The notes beneath the pieces were generated by a model. The model did no database searches, was not told the DNA's origin, and saw only the letters and a list, made by a program, of their open reading frames with translations. Positions 9,201 to 18,470 of a stretch of DNA of 64,000 nt are shown one piece after another (within the stretch, counting starts at the first letter, position 1; every line of letters starts with the position of its first letter). The translations under genes were made by a program, and so were the position numbers. The stretch comes from an uncultured delta proteobacterium (GTDB taxonomy: Bacteria; Desulfobacterota; RBG-13-43-22), in NCBI GenBank assembly GCA_963743305.1, contig CAVUPH010000002.1:1-64000 (forward strand), read 5' to 3'.

Positions 9201-9334
9201 GGTTTGCTCCTTTTCTTTTTTTATTCGGGATAAGTTTTTTTGTAAATCAAATTAATCCACTCAGTTAACACTGAGAATAGATTTAACAATTGATTATTAA
9301 TTATTAACCCTTGTTTATTATCAACCATAAGACC

Positions 9335-10357
9335 TTAGTACACCTCCTCCTTCAAGTGTTCTCCGGTAATTTTATAGAAAAAAGCCCGATACACCAGGGA
9401 CTGGTAAATAATTACAATGGGGACAAAAACCAGGGCCACTCCGAGCATGATTTTCAGCGTCAAGGCCGAGGAAGCGGAGTTGCTGACGGTCAGGGACCAG
9501 GCCGAATTCAGACTGGAAGGGATCAGGTTGGGATACAGTCCGATGACCCCGAATAAGGTGGCCAGGGCAATGGTTCCGGCTGAAAAGACCCAGGCCCCGC
9601 CCCAGGATTTTGCGGCCATCTTGACCCGGGTCAGCAGCAGGCAGACCACGGCCAGGACCGGCAGGATCAATAGAACCGGATTATGGAAATAATTATTCCA
9701 GAGCCCGGTATAGCCGTAGGTGGCCGCCAGGAACAGAACGGCCAGGACCAGGACCGGGATCCAGAGGCCCGTAGCCAGCCCGCCCGCCCTTCGGGATAGG
9801 TCCCCTTCGGTTCGCAGGGCCAGCCAGAGGGCACCGTGCTGCAGGAAAAGGGACAGGAAAAGTAGCCCGCCCAAGAGACCGTAGGGGTTTAACAGGTCGA
9901 ACAGCCCGCCCTGGTTGATCCCCTCGGCGTTGAGTGGGAGGCCCATAAAGATATTGGCGAAGGCCACCCCGAAAAGCAGGGCCGGCAGAAAGCTGCCGAT
10001 AAAAAAGCCCCAGTCCCAGAACCGCCGCCAGGCGGGAGATTCCACCAGGCCCCGGAACTCCACGGAAACCCCACGGACGATCAGGGCGAACAAGACCAGC
10101 ATGAGGGCTGAATAGAGGGAAGAAAACATGACGGCATAGGTCGTCGGAAAAGCGGCAAAAGTAACTCCTCCGGCGGTGATCAGCCAGACTTCGTTGCCGT
10201 TCCACATGGGCCCTAAGGCGTGATAGACGGCCTTTTTCTCCATTTCATTTCGGGCCAGAAAGGGGCTCAAGGCACCCACTCCCAGATCAAACCCGTCCAG
10301 GATGAAATAGACCGCCCACAGAACTCCCCAGAGTACAAACCAAATTGTCGCTAACAT
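9335..10357 (-). CDS. cydB: Cytochrome bd ubiquinol oxidase subunit II
   Basis: LDGFDLGVG, WNGNEVWLITAGG, FAAFP. Confidence 0.96.
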   Translation of the reverse strand: MLATIWFVLWGVLWAVYFILDGFDLGVGALSPFLARNEMEKKAVYHALGPMWNGNEVWLITAGGVTFAAFPTTYAVMFSSLYSALMLVLFALIVRGVSVEFRGLVESPAWRRFWDWGFFIGSFLPALLFGVAFANIFMGLPLNAEGINQGGLFDLLNPYGLLGGLLFLSLFLQHGALWLALRTEGDLSRRAGGLATGLWIPVLVLAVLFLAATYGYTGLWNNYFHNPVLLILPVLAVVCLLLTRVKMAAKSWGGAWVFSAGTIALATLFGVIGLYPNLIPSSLNSAWSLTVSNSASSALTLKIMLGVALVFVPIVIIYQSLVYRAFFYKITGEHLKEEVY

Positions 10358-10377
10358 AATTTATCCCCTCCTTCCCT

Positions 10378-11688
10378 TTAAGCATGTGCCGGTTCCGGCC
10401 CGTTAATCACGGTCCGGCGCAGCAAGTAGAGATAAAATAAAGCGATTATACCGTAAACCACGATGAAAGCCGCCAGGGTGATCCCTACCTGGGAGGCGGC
10501 CACCGGCGAAGCCGCCTGGGCCGTCTTCATGACCCCGTAAACGATCCAGGGTTGCCGGCCTACTTCGGTGACGGCCCATCCCGCCTGAATCGCGATATAC
10601 GGCAGTGGGATGGCGTAGAGCATGATCTTTAAATACCAGGGTGCTTCCAGCAATCGGTTGCGGAGGAACCAGCCGATGATCATCAGCAGTACGAAAAGAG
10701 ATCCCAACCCCACCATGATCTTGAAGGCCGAAAAGACCAACAGGACCGGCGGACGTTCCTCCCTGGGCCAGGCCTTCAGCCCCTTTACCTCAGCCGCGGA
10801 AGAGTGAAAAGCCAGCAAACTGAGCATTCCCGGGAGGGGACCGATTTCCACGGCATTCCGCTCGTTCTCCGGATCCGGAATGGCCAGCAGGTAAATCGGG
10901 GCGTTTTTCTGCGTTTCCCAAAGCGATTCCATGGCCGCCAGCTTGGTTGGTTGACTGACCGCCACTTCCCCGGCGTTATAATGGCCATGGATAACCGCCA
11001 CCAGGCTGAAAATCACACCGAAAGTCAGGCCGAGCTTGAAAGACCGGGTGAACAAAGAAACCTCTTTTTTGCGCAGCAGGAACCAGGCGCTGATGCCCAT
11101 CATGAAAAAAGCCGTCAGGATGTAAGCGCCGGACAGGGTATGAACAATAGTATGCCAGGCAAAGGGCTGGGTAACCACGGCTACGAAATCGGTCAGTTCG
11201 GCTCGGCCGTTGCGGATGGCGTACCCTACGGGGTGCTGCATCCAGGCGTTGGCGATCAGGATCCAGAAGGCGGAAACATTGGAGGCGCCGGCTACCAGCC
11301 AGATGGCTACGGCGTGCGTTTTCGGCTTGAACCGTTTCCAGCCGTAAATCCAGACGCCGATAAAGGTTGATTCCAGGAAGAAGGCCACTGAGGCCTCGAT
11401 AGCCAGCAAGGACCCGAAAATGTCCCCCACGTAGGCCGAGTACCGTGACCAGTTGGTGCCGAATTGAAATTCCAGGGTGATTCCGGTTACCACACCGACG
11501 ACAAAATTGATCAGAAAGATTTTTCCCCAGAAACGGGCCGCTCGATAAAGTTCCTGGTCCCCGGTTCGGGCATAGCGGGTTTCCAGGATGGCGATAAGAA
11601 TGGATAGTCCCAGGGTCAGCGGGACGAATAAAAAGTGGAAGAAGGTGGCGGCGGCAAACTGCAATCGGGACAAAAAGACGGCATCCAT
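10378..11688 (-). CDS. cydA: Cytochrome bd ubiquinol oxidase subunit I (short Q-loop type)
   Basis: LSRLQFA..FHFLFVPLT, EFQFGTNW, QPTKLAAME, EVGRQPW. Confidence 0.96.
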   Translation of the reverse strand: MDAVFLSRLQFAAATFFHFLFVPLTLGLSILIAILETRYARTGDQELYRAARFWGKIFLINFVVGVVTGITLEFQFGTNWSRYSAYVGDIFGSLLAIEASVAFFLESTFIGVWIYGWKRFKPKTHAVAIWLVAGASNVSAFWILIANAWMQHPVGYAIRNGRAELTDFVAVVTQPFAWHTIVHTLSGAYILTAFFMMGISAWFLLRKKEVSLFTRSFKLGLTFGVIFSLVAVIHGHYNAGEVAVSQPTKLAAMESLWETQKNAPIYLLAIPDPENERNAVEIGPLPGMLSLLAFHSSAAEVKGLKAWPREERPPVLLVFSAFKIMVGLGSLFVLLMIIGWFLRNRLLEAPWYLKIMLYAIPLPYIAIQAGWAVTEVGRQPWIVYGVMKTAQAASPVAASQVGITLAAFIVVYGIIALFYLYLLRRTVINGPEPAHA

Positions 11689-11743
11689 AGAAATACCCCC
11701 TTTCAAGATAAGACCGGATACCCCGGTCTTTCGAAGGAACAAT

Positions 11744-11759
11744 TGCAAGTGCTGTTCCA
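11744..11759 (-). promoter_or_regulatory. sigma54 (-24/-12) promoter of cydAB
   Basis: TGGAACAGCACTTGCA: GG-N10-GC spacing with TTGC, about 55 nt upstream of cydA. Confidence 0.75.
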
Positions 11760-11883
11760 AACCCGATTAATTATTCTTTATGCAATGATATTAATAGATT
11801 GTAAAAAAATACCCCCATTTTTTGAAAAGGCGCTGACTGTCTCGCTTCAATGGCTATTCCCGAGCGACGGCAACCTCCTTTCT

Positions 11884-11958
11884 ATTCAACTATTTGTTTT
11901 AATAATAAAATTACTTATAAGCTATTGTCTCATTATTATTTAGAGACAAATTTGTCTC
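11884..11958. promoter_or_regulatory. Putative IHF site and enhancer-binding-protein UAS palindromes
   Basis: ATTCAACTATTTG (one mismatch to WATCAANNNNTTR); TGTCTC-N11-GAGACA; perfect palindrome GAGACAAATTTGTCTC at 11943-11958. Confidence 0.6.
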
Positions 11959-13375
11959 ATGATACATCCCGATGGTCTTTTAAAAAACGGTACAGGGTGG
12001 CCCGGCCTACCCCCAGGTGACGCGCCGCCAGGCTTCGGTTGCCCGCGGAACGGCCCAGGGCTTCACGTACCATCGAGGCATTCAATACCATTGGCCTCCC
12101 TTGGGCGGTTGTTTTTTCCTCTTTTTCCTGCTGCATTTCGGGCGGCAGGTCTTGGGGGAGGATCACCTGGCCCTTGCTGCGGATCAGGGCATATTCCAGG
12201 GCGTTATGCAGTTCACGGACATTGCCCGGCCAGGGATAATTCAGCAACAAGTGATGGGTATCCGGATGGAGCTGTACCGTCTTTTTGCCTTGCCGCGTAA
12301 AGAGGGCCAGGAAATGGTCGATGAGCAGGGGGATATCGGAAACCCTCTGCCGTAGACTGGGGACCTGCACCGGAATGACATTGAGGCGGTAGAATAAATC
12401 CTGACGGAAAGTGCCCCGCTGAACCATCTCCTTCAAATCCCGGTTGGTGGCGCTGATCACCCGGACATCCACCCGGATGGTCTTTTCGCTGCCCACCGGC
12501 TCAAAACAGCCTTCCTGCAACACCCGCAGGAGCTTCACCTGCAGCCCGGCCGGGAGCTCGGCCACTTCATCCAGGAAAAGAGTCCCCTGGTCGGCCAATT
12601 CGAAGCGTCCCTTCCGGTTATGTATCGCCCCGGTAAAGGCCCCTTTAACGTGACCGAAAAGCTCGCTCTCCAAAACCCCTTCGGGCAGCGCCCCACAATT
12701 GATGGGGACAAAGGGCCCGTCCCCCCGCCAGCTTTCCCGGTGAATGGCCGTGGCCACCAGTTCCTTGCCGGTTCCCGTTTCACCGGTAATACAGACGCTC
12801 ACCTCGCTGTGGGCCAGGTCTCGGATCAACTGAAAAATTTCCCTCATGCTGGGGTGGGCGCCCACCAGGCCGGCAAAACTATTGGCCTGAGATCGGGCGC
12901 TGCGTTTGTCCAGAATGTCCGTCACATCCCGGAAGGAGGCCAGGACCCCGATCAACCGCCCTTCGTTGTTTTTCATGCCCACCACGGTCATTTCCAAGCG
13001 GTGGCTAATCCCCTTCCGATCCAGAATCTGCAGAGAATATTCTTTTTTTTCCAGATCCTGGTGAACCTGCTGACCGCAAAAAAGACAAAGCTCCCCGCAA
13101 AATGGGACTCCGAAGACTTGATGACAATCCCGGCCCAGTACCTCCTCCCGGAAATACCCGGTGACCGCCTCGGCCGCCCGGTTGAAGTAAAGAACCCGGC
13201 GATCCAGATCGTGGGCAATGATCCCTTCCCCCAAACTGTCGAGAATATCGGAAAGGTTATGGACCTGGCCCCACACCCCTTTTCCTTCTCCCTCGGGGAT
13301 TATTCGGGACAAGGCTGGCGGTGACCCCGGGAAACCCCTCTTTCTGCTGATTAAATCGCTGTCCTTTTTTTTCAT
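11957..13375 (-). CDS. PAS-domain sigma54-dependent transcriptional activator (bEBP)
   Basis: PAS with CHQVFGVPFCGELCLFC; GETGTGKE, GAFTGA, FLDEV, WPGNVREL; C-terminal Fis-type HTH. Confidence 0.95.
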   Translation of the reverse strand: MKKKDSDLISRKRGFPGSPPALSRIIPEGEGKGVWGQVHNLSDILDSLGEGIIAHDLDRRVLYFNRAAEAVTGYFREEVLGRDCHQVFGVPFCGELCLFCGQQVHQDLEKKEYSLQILDRKGISHRLEMTVVGMKNNEGRLIGVLASFRDVTDILDKRSARSQANSFAGLVGAHPSMREIFQLIRDLAHSEVSVCITGETGTGKELVATAIHRESWRGDGPFVPINCGALPEGVLESELFGHVKGAFTGAIHNRKGRFELADQGTLFLDEVAELPAGLQVKLLRVLQEGCFEPVGSEKTIRVDVRVISATNRDLKEMVQRGTFRQDLFYRLNVIPVQVPSLRQRVSDIPLLIDHFLALFTRQGKKTVQLHPDTHHLLLNYPWPGNVRELHNALEYALIRSKGQVILPQDLPPEMQQEKEEKTTAQGRPMVLNASMVREALGRSAGNRSLAARHLGVGRATLYRFLKDHRDVS

Positions 13376-13478
13376 GGAAGGATTCGTTTCGCTTTGCTAA
13401 TAATAAGCGCATGACCTCCTTGATTATTTCCAGGGGTTTTTGGGAAGTGCTCTTCAAGAAATAGGCATTATAAATTTT

Positions 13479-13797
13479 GACGCTTCGCCCTTTTGGGTGG
13501 GTACCCCCTAGATCTGGTATGGCCATCTGGTCTCGGCGAAAGGGTTTTCCAAAGGTACTCCGGACTTCGATTCCGGGCCGAAATTACTAATTTTATTTGA
13601 AGCAGGCCCAAACTCAGAGACTTTTGATGCTTCCCGGGCTGGCCCTGCTTTCGGGAAAATTTAGATACACTGGGGCCGGGTTAGAACCTAAAATGCAAGG
13701 TGGAAAACCCTTTCGCCGAGACCAGATGGCCACGAGGGCCTGATTTCAGTCTAATCTACTAGATATTGTGGCCACCCACCCAAAAGGGCGAACAACC
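13479..13797. mobile_element. MITE-like non-autonomous element, copy 1 (319 bp, 8-bp TSD TAAATTTT)
   Basis: TAAATTTT direct repeats at 13471-13478 and 13798-13805; 19-bp subterminal IR TTCGCCCTTTTGGGTGGGT; perfect 32-bp internal IR 13520-13551/13701-13732; homologous to 59627-59942. Confidence 0.85.
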
Positions 13798-13852
13798 TAA
13801 ATTTTTTCATCCATTGTTGGAGACAAATTCTCAGAACAATGGCTGAACAAAT

Positions 13853-14467
13853 TTATCGGCGCAGGGCGATCATCAACCCATCCCTTTCCGGGGAGTGTCC
13901 GGGAAGAAAGGTCAGCAGGGGGATGGCCAGCCAGCCGGGATCGGAGACTATTTTCCGGTTAAAAGGTTCGGCTCCCTGAAAACCCACGTTGTCGACCACC
14001 AAAAGCCCCCCGGACCGAAGCAGACGCTGACAAGAAAAAAGGGCCGGCAGGTAGTATTCTTTGTCCAGATCCATAAAAATCAGGTCGTACGATCCTTCCA
14101 TGGAATCCATCAGCTCCAAGGCACTACCCATCCGCACTTCCGCGAGGGGCGATAATTCGGCCCGCTGCAGGTTAGCCCTGGCCCGCTCGGCCATCCGGGG
14201 GTCCCATTCCAGTGTGACCAGCCGACCTCCGGTTTCCCGGCAGGCCCGCCCCAGAAAAATGGCCGAATAACCGCTGGCGGTACCCAACTCCAACACCCTC
14301 CGGGCATTGGCGCCTCGAGCCAATAAGTATAGCAAGTACCCCACCACGGGCCCCACGATCGGGATGCCTTCCTCCCGGGCCTCTTGTTCCAGTCCCAGCA
14401 GCAGCTCATCCCGACCCGGCGCCAAGTTCCCGAAATATCCTTCCAGATCCTCAATCATCTTCGCCAT
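13853..14467 (-). CDS. O-methyltransferase (family 3, caffeoyl-CoA/TrmR-like)
   Basis: VLELGTASGYS, YDLIFMDLDK, LRSGGLLVVDNV. Confidence 0.9.
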   Translation of the reverse strand: MAKMIEDLEGYFGNLAPGRDELLLGLEQEAREEGIPIVGPVVGYLLYLLARGANARRVLELGTASGYSAIFLGRACRETGGRLVTLEWDPRMAERARANLQRAELSPLAEVRMGSALELMDSMEGSYDLIFMDLDKEYYLPALFSCQRLLRSGGLLVVDNVGFQGAEPFNRKIVSDPGWLAIPLLTFLPGHSPERDGLMIALRR

Positions 14468-14510
14468 GCAAATTTCGTCACCCTTTCCTCAAGCATCCCT
14501 GTGCTGCCGG

Positions 14511-14666
14511 GGAATGATGGAATATTGGAATAATGAAAACCCCATAAGCCATGTCTTTCCCCATCAATCCACTACTCCATTTTTCCATTATTCCCCGAAC
14601 CTTCCCTCTTCTTCCTTTGCTCCCCTCTTCCTTCTTCCATCTTCCCTCTTCTATCTCTTCCCCCCC
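14511..14666. repeat. Intergenic composite short-repeat element (inverted octamer arrays plus pyrimidine heptamers)
   Basis: GGAATGAT/GGAATATT/GGAATAAT arm, TCCATTATTCC arm, then TCCCTCT-type heptamers; same layout at 21963-22100. Confidence 0.65.
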
Positions 14667-15974
14667 TCACCCAATGGCCACGCTGACGTCGTCCAACAGC
14701 AGGGCTGGATAATAGCCCTCCGCCGCCGGATAGACCCGGTCCTCCAAGTCCACTACGTTTTGCAGCACTTCGTAAATGTTCCCGGCCACCATGCTCTCCT
14801 CCAGGACGCCCCGAATTTCCCCGGCTTCCACGTAGATGCCGGGGGCCAGGCCGAAGGAAAAGTCTCCGTTGGGAATATTGCCGCTGTGTGCCCCCAGGGC
14901 CCCGGCCACCAGTACTCCCCGGTCAATGGACCGCAGCAGTTCAGCGAAGCTCCGCCGGCCCGGTTCCAGGACCAGATATTCCAGGGCCGGCCGGGGCCTG
15001 GTGGCGATGGCGTCCCCGCCCCAGGGGGCCGTCCGATACCCGTGCCCGGATGGCGGGACCCCCATCTTTTCCGCGTAAGTCAGATCGAAATAATAGTGGC
15101 GCAGGACCCCCTTTTCGATAATCGGATAACGGGCGCAGGGGGTGCCCTCGTCGTCAAATCCACGGGCGTTGGGACGCGTGCTCTCCCGGGGATCGTCGAC
15201 CAGGGTCAGGCAGTCGGCGAAGATCTTCTCGCCGATCCGGTCCTTCAGCGGTGAAATGTTTTCGAAAATGTTCTTCCCGCCGGCGGCGCTTTGAATGCGC
15301 CAGATGAGGGGATAGATCGTTTCCGGGAGGAACAGGCATTGCATACGGCCCCCGGCCGGACGCACCTTTCTGCGCGAGCGGTTATAGAGGCTGAGGATGA
15401 ATTGGGGTAGGTCTTCCGGGACCGGCTCAAATTTCTTGGCCGTCCAGCTTCGTTCCACGGCATTGTACGAACCCGGATACATCAGGGAAAGGTGTAGACC
15501 GTAATTGGAGGTCCGCCAATCCAGATCGCTCCCGCGGCTGTTGATCAACCGGACCCGGGTCACGGACCGGTAGACCACCAGGTTCACCTGACCGTCGGCC
15601 CTTTCTCCCAAATAGGCGGCCAGACGCTGCCCCTCTTCAACCATCCCGGTGTTCGTCAGGTTTTCGATGGCCGGATCATAGGCCCGACCGTCCGGCGGAG
15701 TAAACCGCTCCGGCAAGGCGTAGCAGGCCTCCACCCCGGCCGGCAGCGTGGCCAGGGCATTTTGAACGAGTTCTTCCGGACGGCGCAGGTTACGGGTGTA
15801 GGCAAATCCCAGTTGATCATCCCGGATCAGGCGCAGGCTGACCCCGCTCTGGTCCCGGCTTTCGAAGTTTTTCAGCAGGCCGTTTTCGAAAGAGACGCGG
15901 TCCGACCTTTGTTCCTGAAAAAAAACCTCGCTTTGGTCGCTGACCCGGCGGGCCTGTTCGAGCAGTCGTTCCAT
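14667..15974 (-). CDS. TldE/PmbA family protein
   Basis: FDDEGTP, GDFSFG, MVAGNIYE; no HExxxH motif; directly follows the TldD gene. Confidence 0.88.
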   Translation of the reverse strand: MERLLEQARRVSDQSEVFFQEQRSDRVSFENGLLKNFESRDQSGVSLRLIRDDQLGFAYTRNLRRPEELVQNALATLPAGVEACYALPERFTPPDGRAYDPAIENLTNTGMVEEGQRLAAYLGERADGQVNLVVYRSVTRVRLINSRGSDLDWRTSNYGLHLSLMYPGSYNAVERSWTAKKFEPVPEDLPQFILSLYNRSRRKVRPAGGRMQCLFLPETIYPLIWRIQSAAGGKNIFENISPLKDRIGEKIFADCLTLVDDPRESTRPNARGFDDEGTPCARYPIIEKGVLRHYYFDLTYAEKMGVPPSGHGYRTAPWGGDAIATRPRPALEYLVLEPGRRSFAELLRSIDRGVLVAGALGAHSGNIPNGDFSFGLAPGIYVEAGEIRGVLEESMVAGNIYEVLQNVVDLEDRVYPAAEGYYPALLLDDVSVAIG

Positions 15975-17339
15975 CAGCGGCCTCCGATCACCAGGTGTTC
16001 CATCAGGACATGAGGCCCCCCGTGGCAGGAGCGCACATTCAACTGGCCTTTGCCACAGCCACCGGTCCGGCTCAGGGTCAGGTCATTACCTGCCCAGCGT
16101 ATCCGCTGCAGGGTCTGATAGAGGTTCCCGGAAATATTGATGTCCCGCACCATTTCCCGCATCCGACCGCCCCGGACCCGATGCCCGTATTCGGCCCCGA
16201 AGGTGAAATTTTCGCCGCTGGTCTGTCCGCCCAGGGCATTGAGCAGGTACAGGCCGTCCCCCAAGTCGACGAGCAGCTCCTGAAAGGACTTCTTCCCCGG
16301 CTCCAGGTAGATGGTCCCCATGCGGATGATAGGCGGATACCGGTAATCTTCGGCCACACAGTGGCCGCTCACCGGCTCCCCGAAGGCCGCCGCGGTCCGC
16401 CGGGAATGCAGGCGGCCGACCAATACCCCCTGGCGCAATAGGGGGGTAGGCCGGACGGCCACCCCTTCGTCGTCGTAGCGGTAAAACCCCAACTGCCCGT
16501 GTCGGGGTCGGGTCGTCGGTGATGCTGACCTGTTCGCTGCCCAAAGCGGCCCCCAGGGTCAACCGCTCCCGCATGCTGGGGGCGTCCTCGATTAGATCGG
16601 CCTCCGAGAAATGACCGAAGGCCTCGTGGGTAAAGACGCCGGTCAGGTCGGGATTGAGGATCACGTTGTAGGTGCCGGCTTCCACCGGGGCCGCCTTCAG
16701 CAAATCCAGGGCGATCTTGGTTTTTTCCTCGAACTCCCCCTCCTGATTGCGCAGCCGGGCAAAGCCGTCGCTGCCCCCGCCGCCGACCCGTACCGTCTGG
16801 GTCAAAGTCCCTTCACGGCTGGTTATGGTACCGCCCAGCCGGGTGGTAATCAGGTCCTCCCGGATGCGGGACCCTTCCGAGCTGATAAAATATTTTTCCC
16901 GGATGATCTCGGCATACTGGGTCTGGGTGGTGACTATCCCGGACGATCGGTAGGGAATTTCATTGTAATGACGGGTCAGATCCAGCTTTTCATCGAAGGG
17001 GACCCGGCGGGGGTCTTCCTGGAGCGATGGAGAAAAAGTATCTTCCAGGGCCGACACCGGCGCCAGGGATACCGGTTGGGGCAGATGGCGGGCCAGGAGC
17101 CCGGCATTCTCCAGGGCCGTGCGGATGGCCCACTCGGCCTGGTCCTCCCGGGTGAAGGTCACCGAGGAAAACCCGCCCCCTTTCAGGACCCGCAGGACGA
17201 ACCCGTCGGTGGCGTTGGTGCCGACCTGGGTCAGCTCCCGGCCGTTGAAAGTGATGCTCGTTTCACTTTCTTTTTCATAGCGGAGGTCGGCATAATCAGC
17301 CTCCACTTTCGACAGCAGGGCTTTCAACTTTTCAAACAT
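15974..17339 (-). CDS. TldD family metalloprotease, +1 frameshift near 16505
   Basis: HEAFGHFSEAD in ORF 16086-17339; GFYRYDDEG...GGCGKGQ...GGPHV in ORF 15974-16492; one extra C in a C run joins them. Confidence 0.85.
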
Positions 17340-17393
17340 GGGTTCCTCGGGTTGGGGAATACCAGGAAATGGGAATTTCGTCTAAAGCAACCG

Positions 17394-17732
17394 CTACGGA
17401 TGAACCGAGGCGGCGCTGTTCACTGAGGAATTCACTTCGTTGGCCACCACCCGGTTCCTGCCCTGCTGCTTGGCCCGGTACAGGGCGTCATCGGCGGCCT
17501 TGACACAATCATCAATGCTTTGTTCGTTCGTGTAACAGGCTACCCCAAAGCTGATGGTCAAGGCAAGCCCTATTTTCACACCCCGGAAATCGAACTGAGC
17601 AACCTGAAGACGAATTTTCTCGGCCACCGTTACCCCGCCTTCCAGATCGGTATCGGGGAGTAAAATGAGGAATTCCTCTCCGCCCCAACGGGCCAGCAGG
17701 TCCTGACTTCGCAGGTTTTCCTTTTTTGACAA
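17394..17732 (-). pseudogene. C-terminal half of a GGDEF domain (truncated diguanylate cyclase)
   Basis: LRSQDLLARWGGEEF...ADDALYRAKQQGRNRV; lacks the N-terminal LTGLxNR and DIDxFK motifs. Confidence 0.75.
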
Positions 17733-17807
17733 ACCGTTTTAATTCACTTATATTTTATCGGATAGAATATTCCAAACCTTCGCATGAAAATAGGGCCACG
17801 CCCTGAC

Positions 17808-17904
17808 GTCATTGCGAGGGAAGCGAAGCCATCTCCCGATTGAACTTCGAGATCGTTCTAAGCTAACCAGGGGATTGCTTCGTCGCTACTCTCCTCGCAA
17901 TGAC
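17808..17904. repeat. REP-like palindromic element GTCATTGCGAGG...CCTCGCAATGAC
   Basis: 12-bp perfect terminal IR, inner CGAAGCCATC/GATTGCTTCG stem, nested within CATGAAAATAG/CTATCTTCATG. Confidence 0.8.
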
Positions 17905-17939
17905 CCGAGGCCCCACTATCTTCATGTTGGGAAAGATCC

Positions 17940-18470
17940 ATGAATGAAATCCTCGCCTATCTGCTGACCACGCTGATCTCTCTGTTCGCGGTCATTGACC
18001 CCTTGGGGGCCATACCGGTTTTCCTGTTGCTCACTCCCGACAAATCACCGGGCGAAAGAAGACGAATCGCCCTGAAGGCCGGGGTCACGGTTTTTGCGAT
18101 CCTGTCCATTTTTGCCCTTTTCGGACATCTGATCTTGAATTATTTCGGGATCTCCCCCCAGGCCTTTGAAATTGCCGGCGGATTGATCTTGATCAAACTG
18201 GCGTATGACCTGCTCTGGGCTCGGATGCCGGGATTAAAGAGTACGGTTCGGGAGGAGGAAGACGGATTGCTGAAAGCGGACGTGTCGGTGATTCCCCTGG
18301 CCATGCCCCTCTTGAGCGGCCCCGGGGCCATTGCGGCCGTGGTGGTCCTGGCCCACACCGCCGATAAATCATGGATGACCTACTGGCTGGTGGGAAGCAT
18401 TCTGGTTAACAGCGTCCTGGTCTTTTTGGTTCTTTCCTTTGCTTCCCCTCTGGCCAAAATCCTAAATTAA
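17940..18470 (+). CDS. MarC family membrane protein, apparently C-terminally truncated
   Basis: LFAVIDPLGAIPVF, AFEIAGGLIL, IPLAMPLLSGPGAI; stops before the usual final TRxxGL helix. Confidence 0.85.
   Translation: MNEILAYLLTTLISLFAVIDPLGAIPVFLLLTPDKSPGERRRIALKAGVTVFAILSIFALFGHLILNYFGISPQAFEIAGGLILIKLAYDLLWARMPGLKSTVREEEDGLLKADVSVIPLAMPLLSGPGAIAAVVVLAHTADKSWMTYWLVGSILVNSVLVFLVLSFASPLAKILN

Noticed and set aside
13479-13797. Element considered as a retron msr-msd, HEARO/omega RNA, 6S RNA or RNase P RNA
   Set aside because: No adjacent reverse transcriptase or IscB/TnpB and none of the signature motifs I know. Exact 8-bp TSDs point to DDE-type transposition. An Rfam search is still needed.
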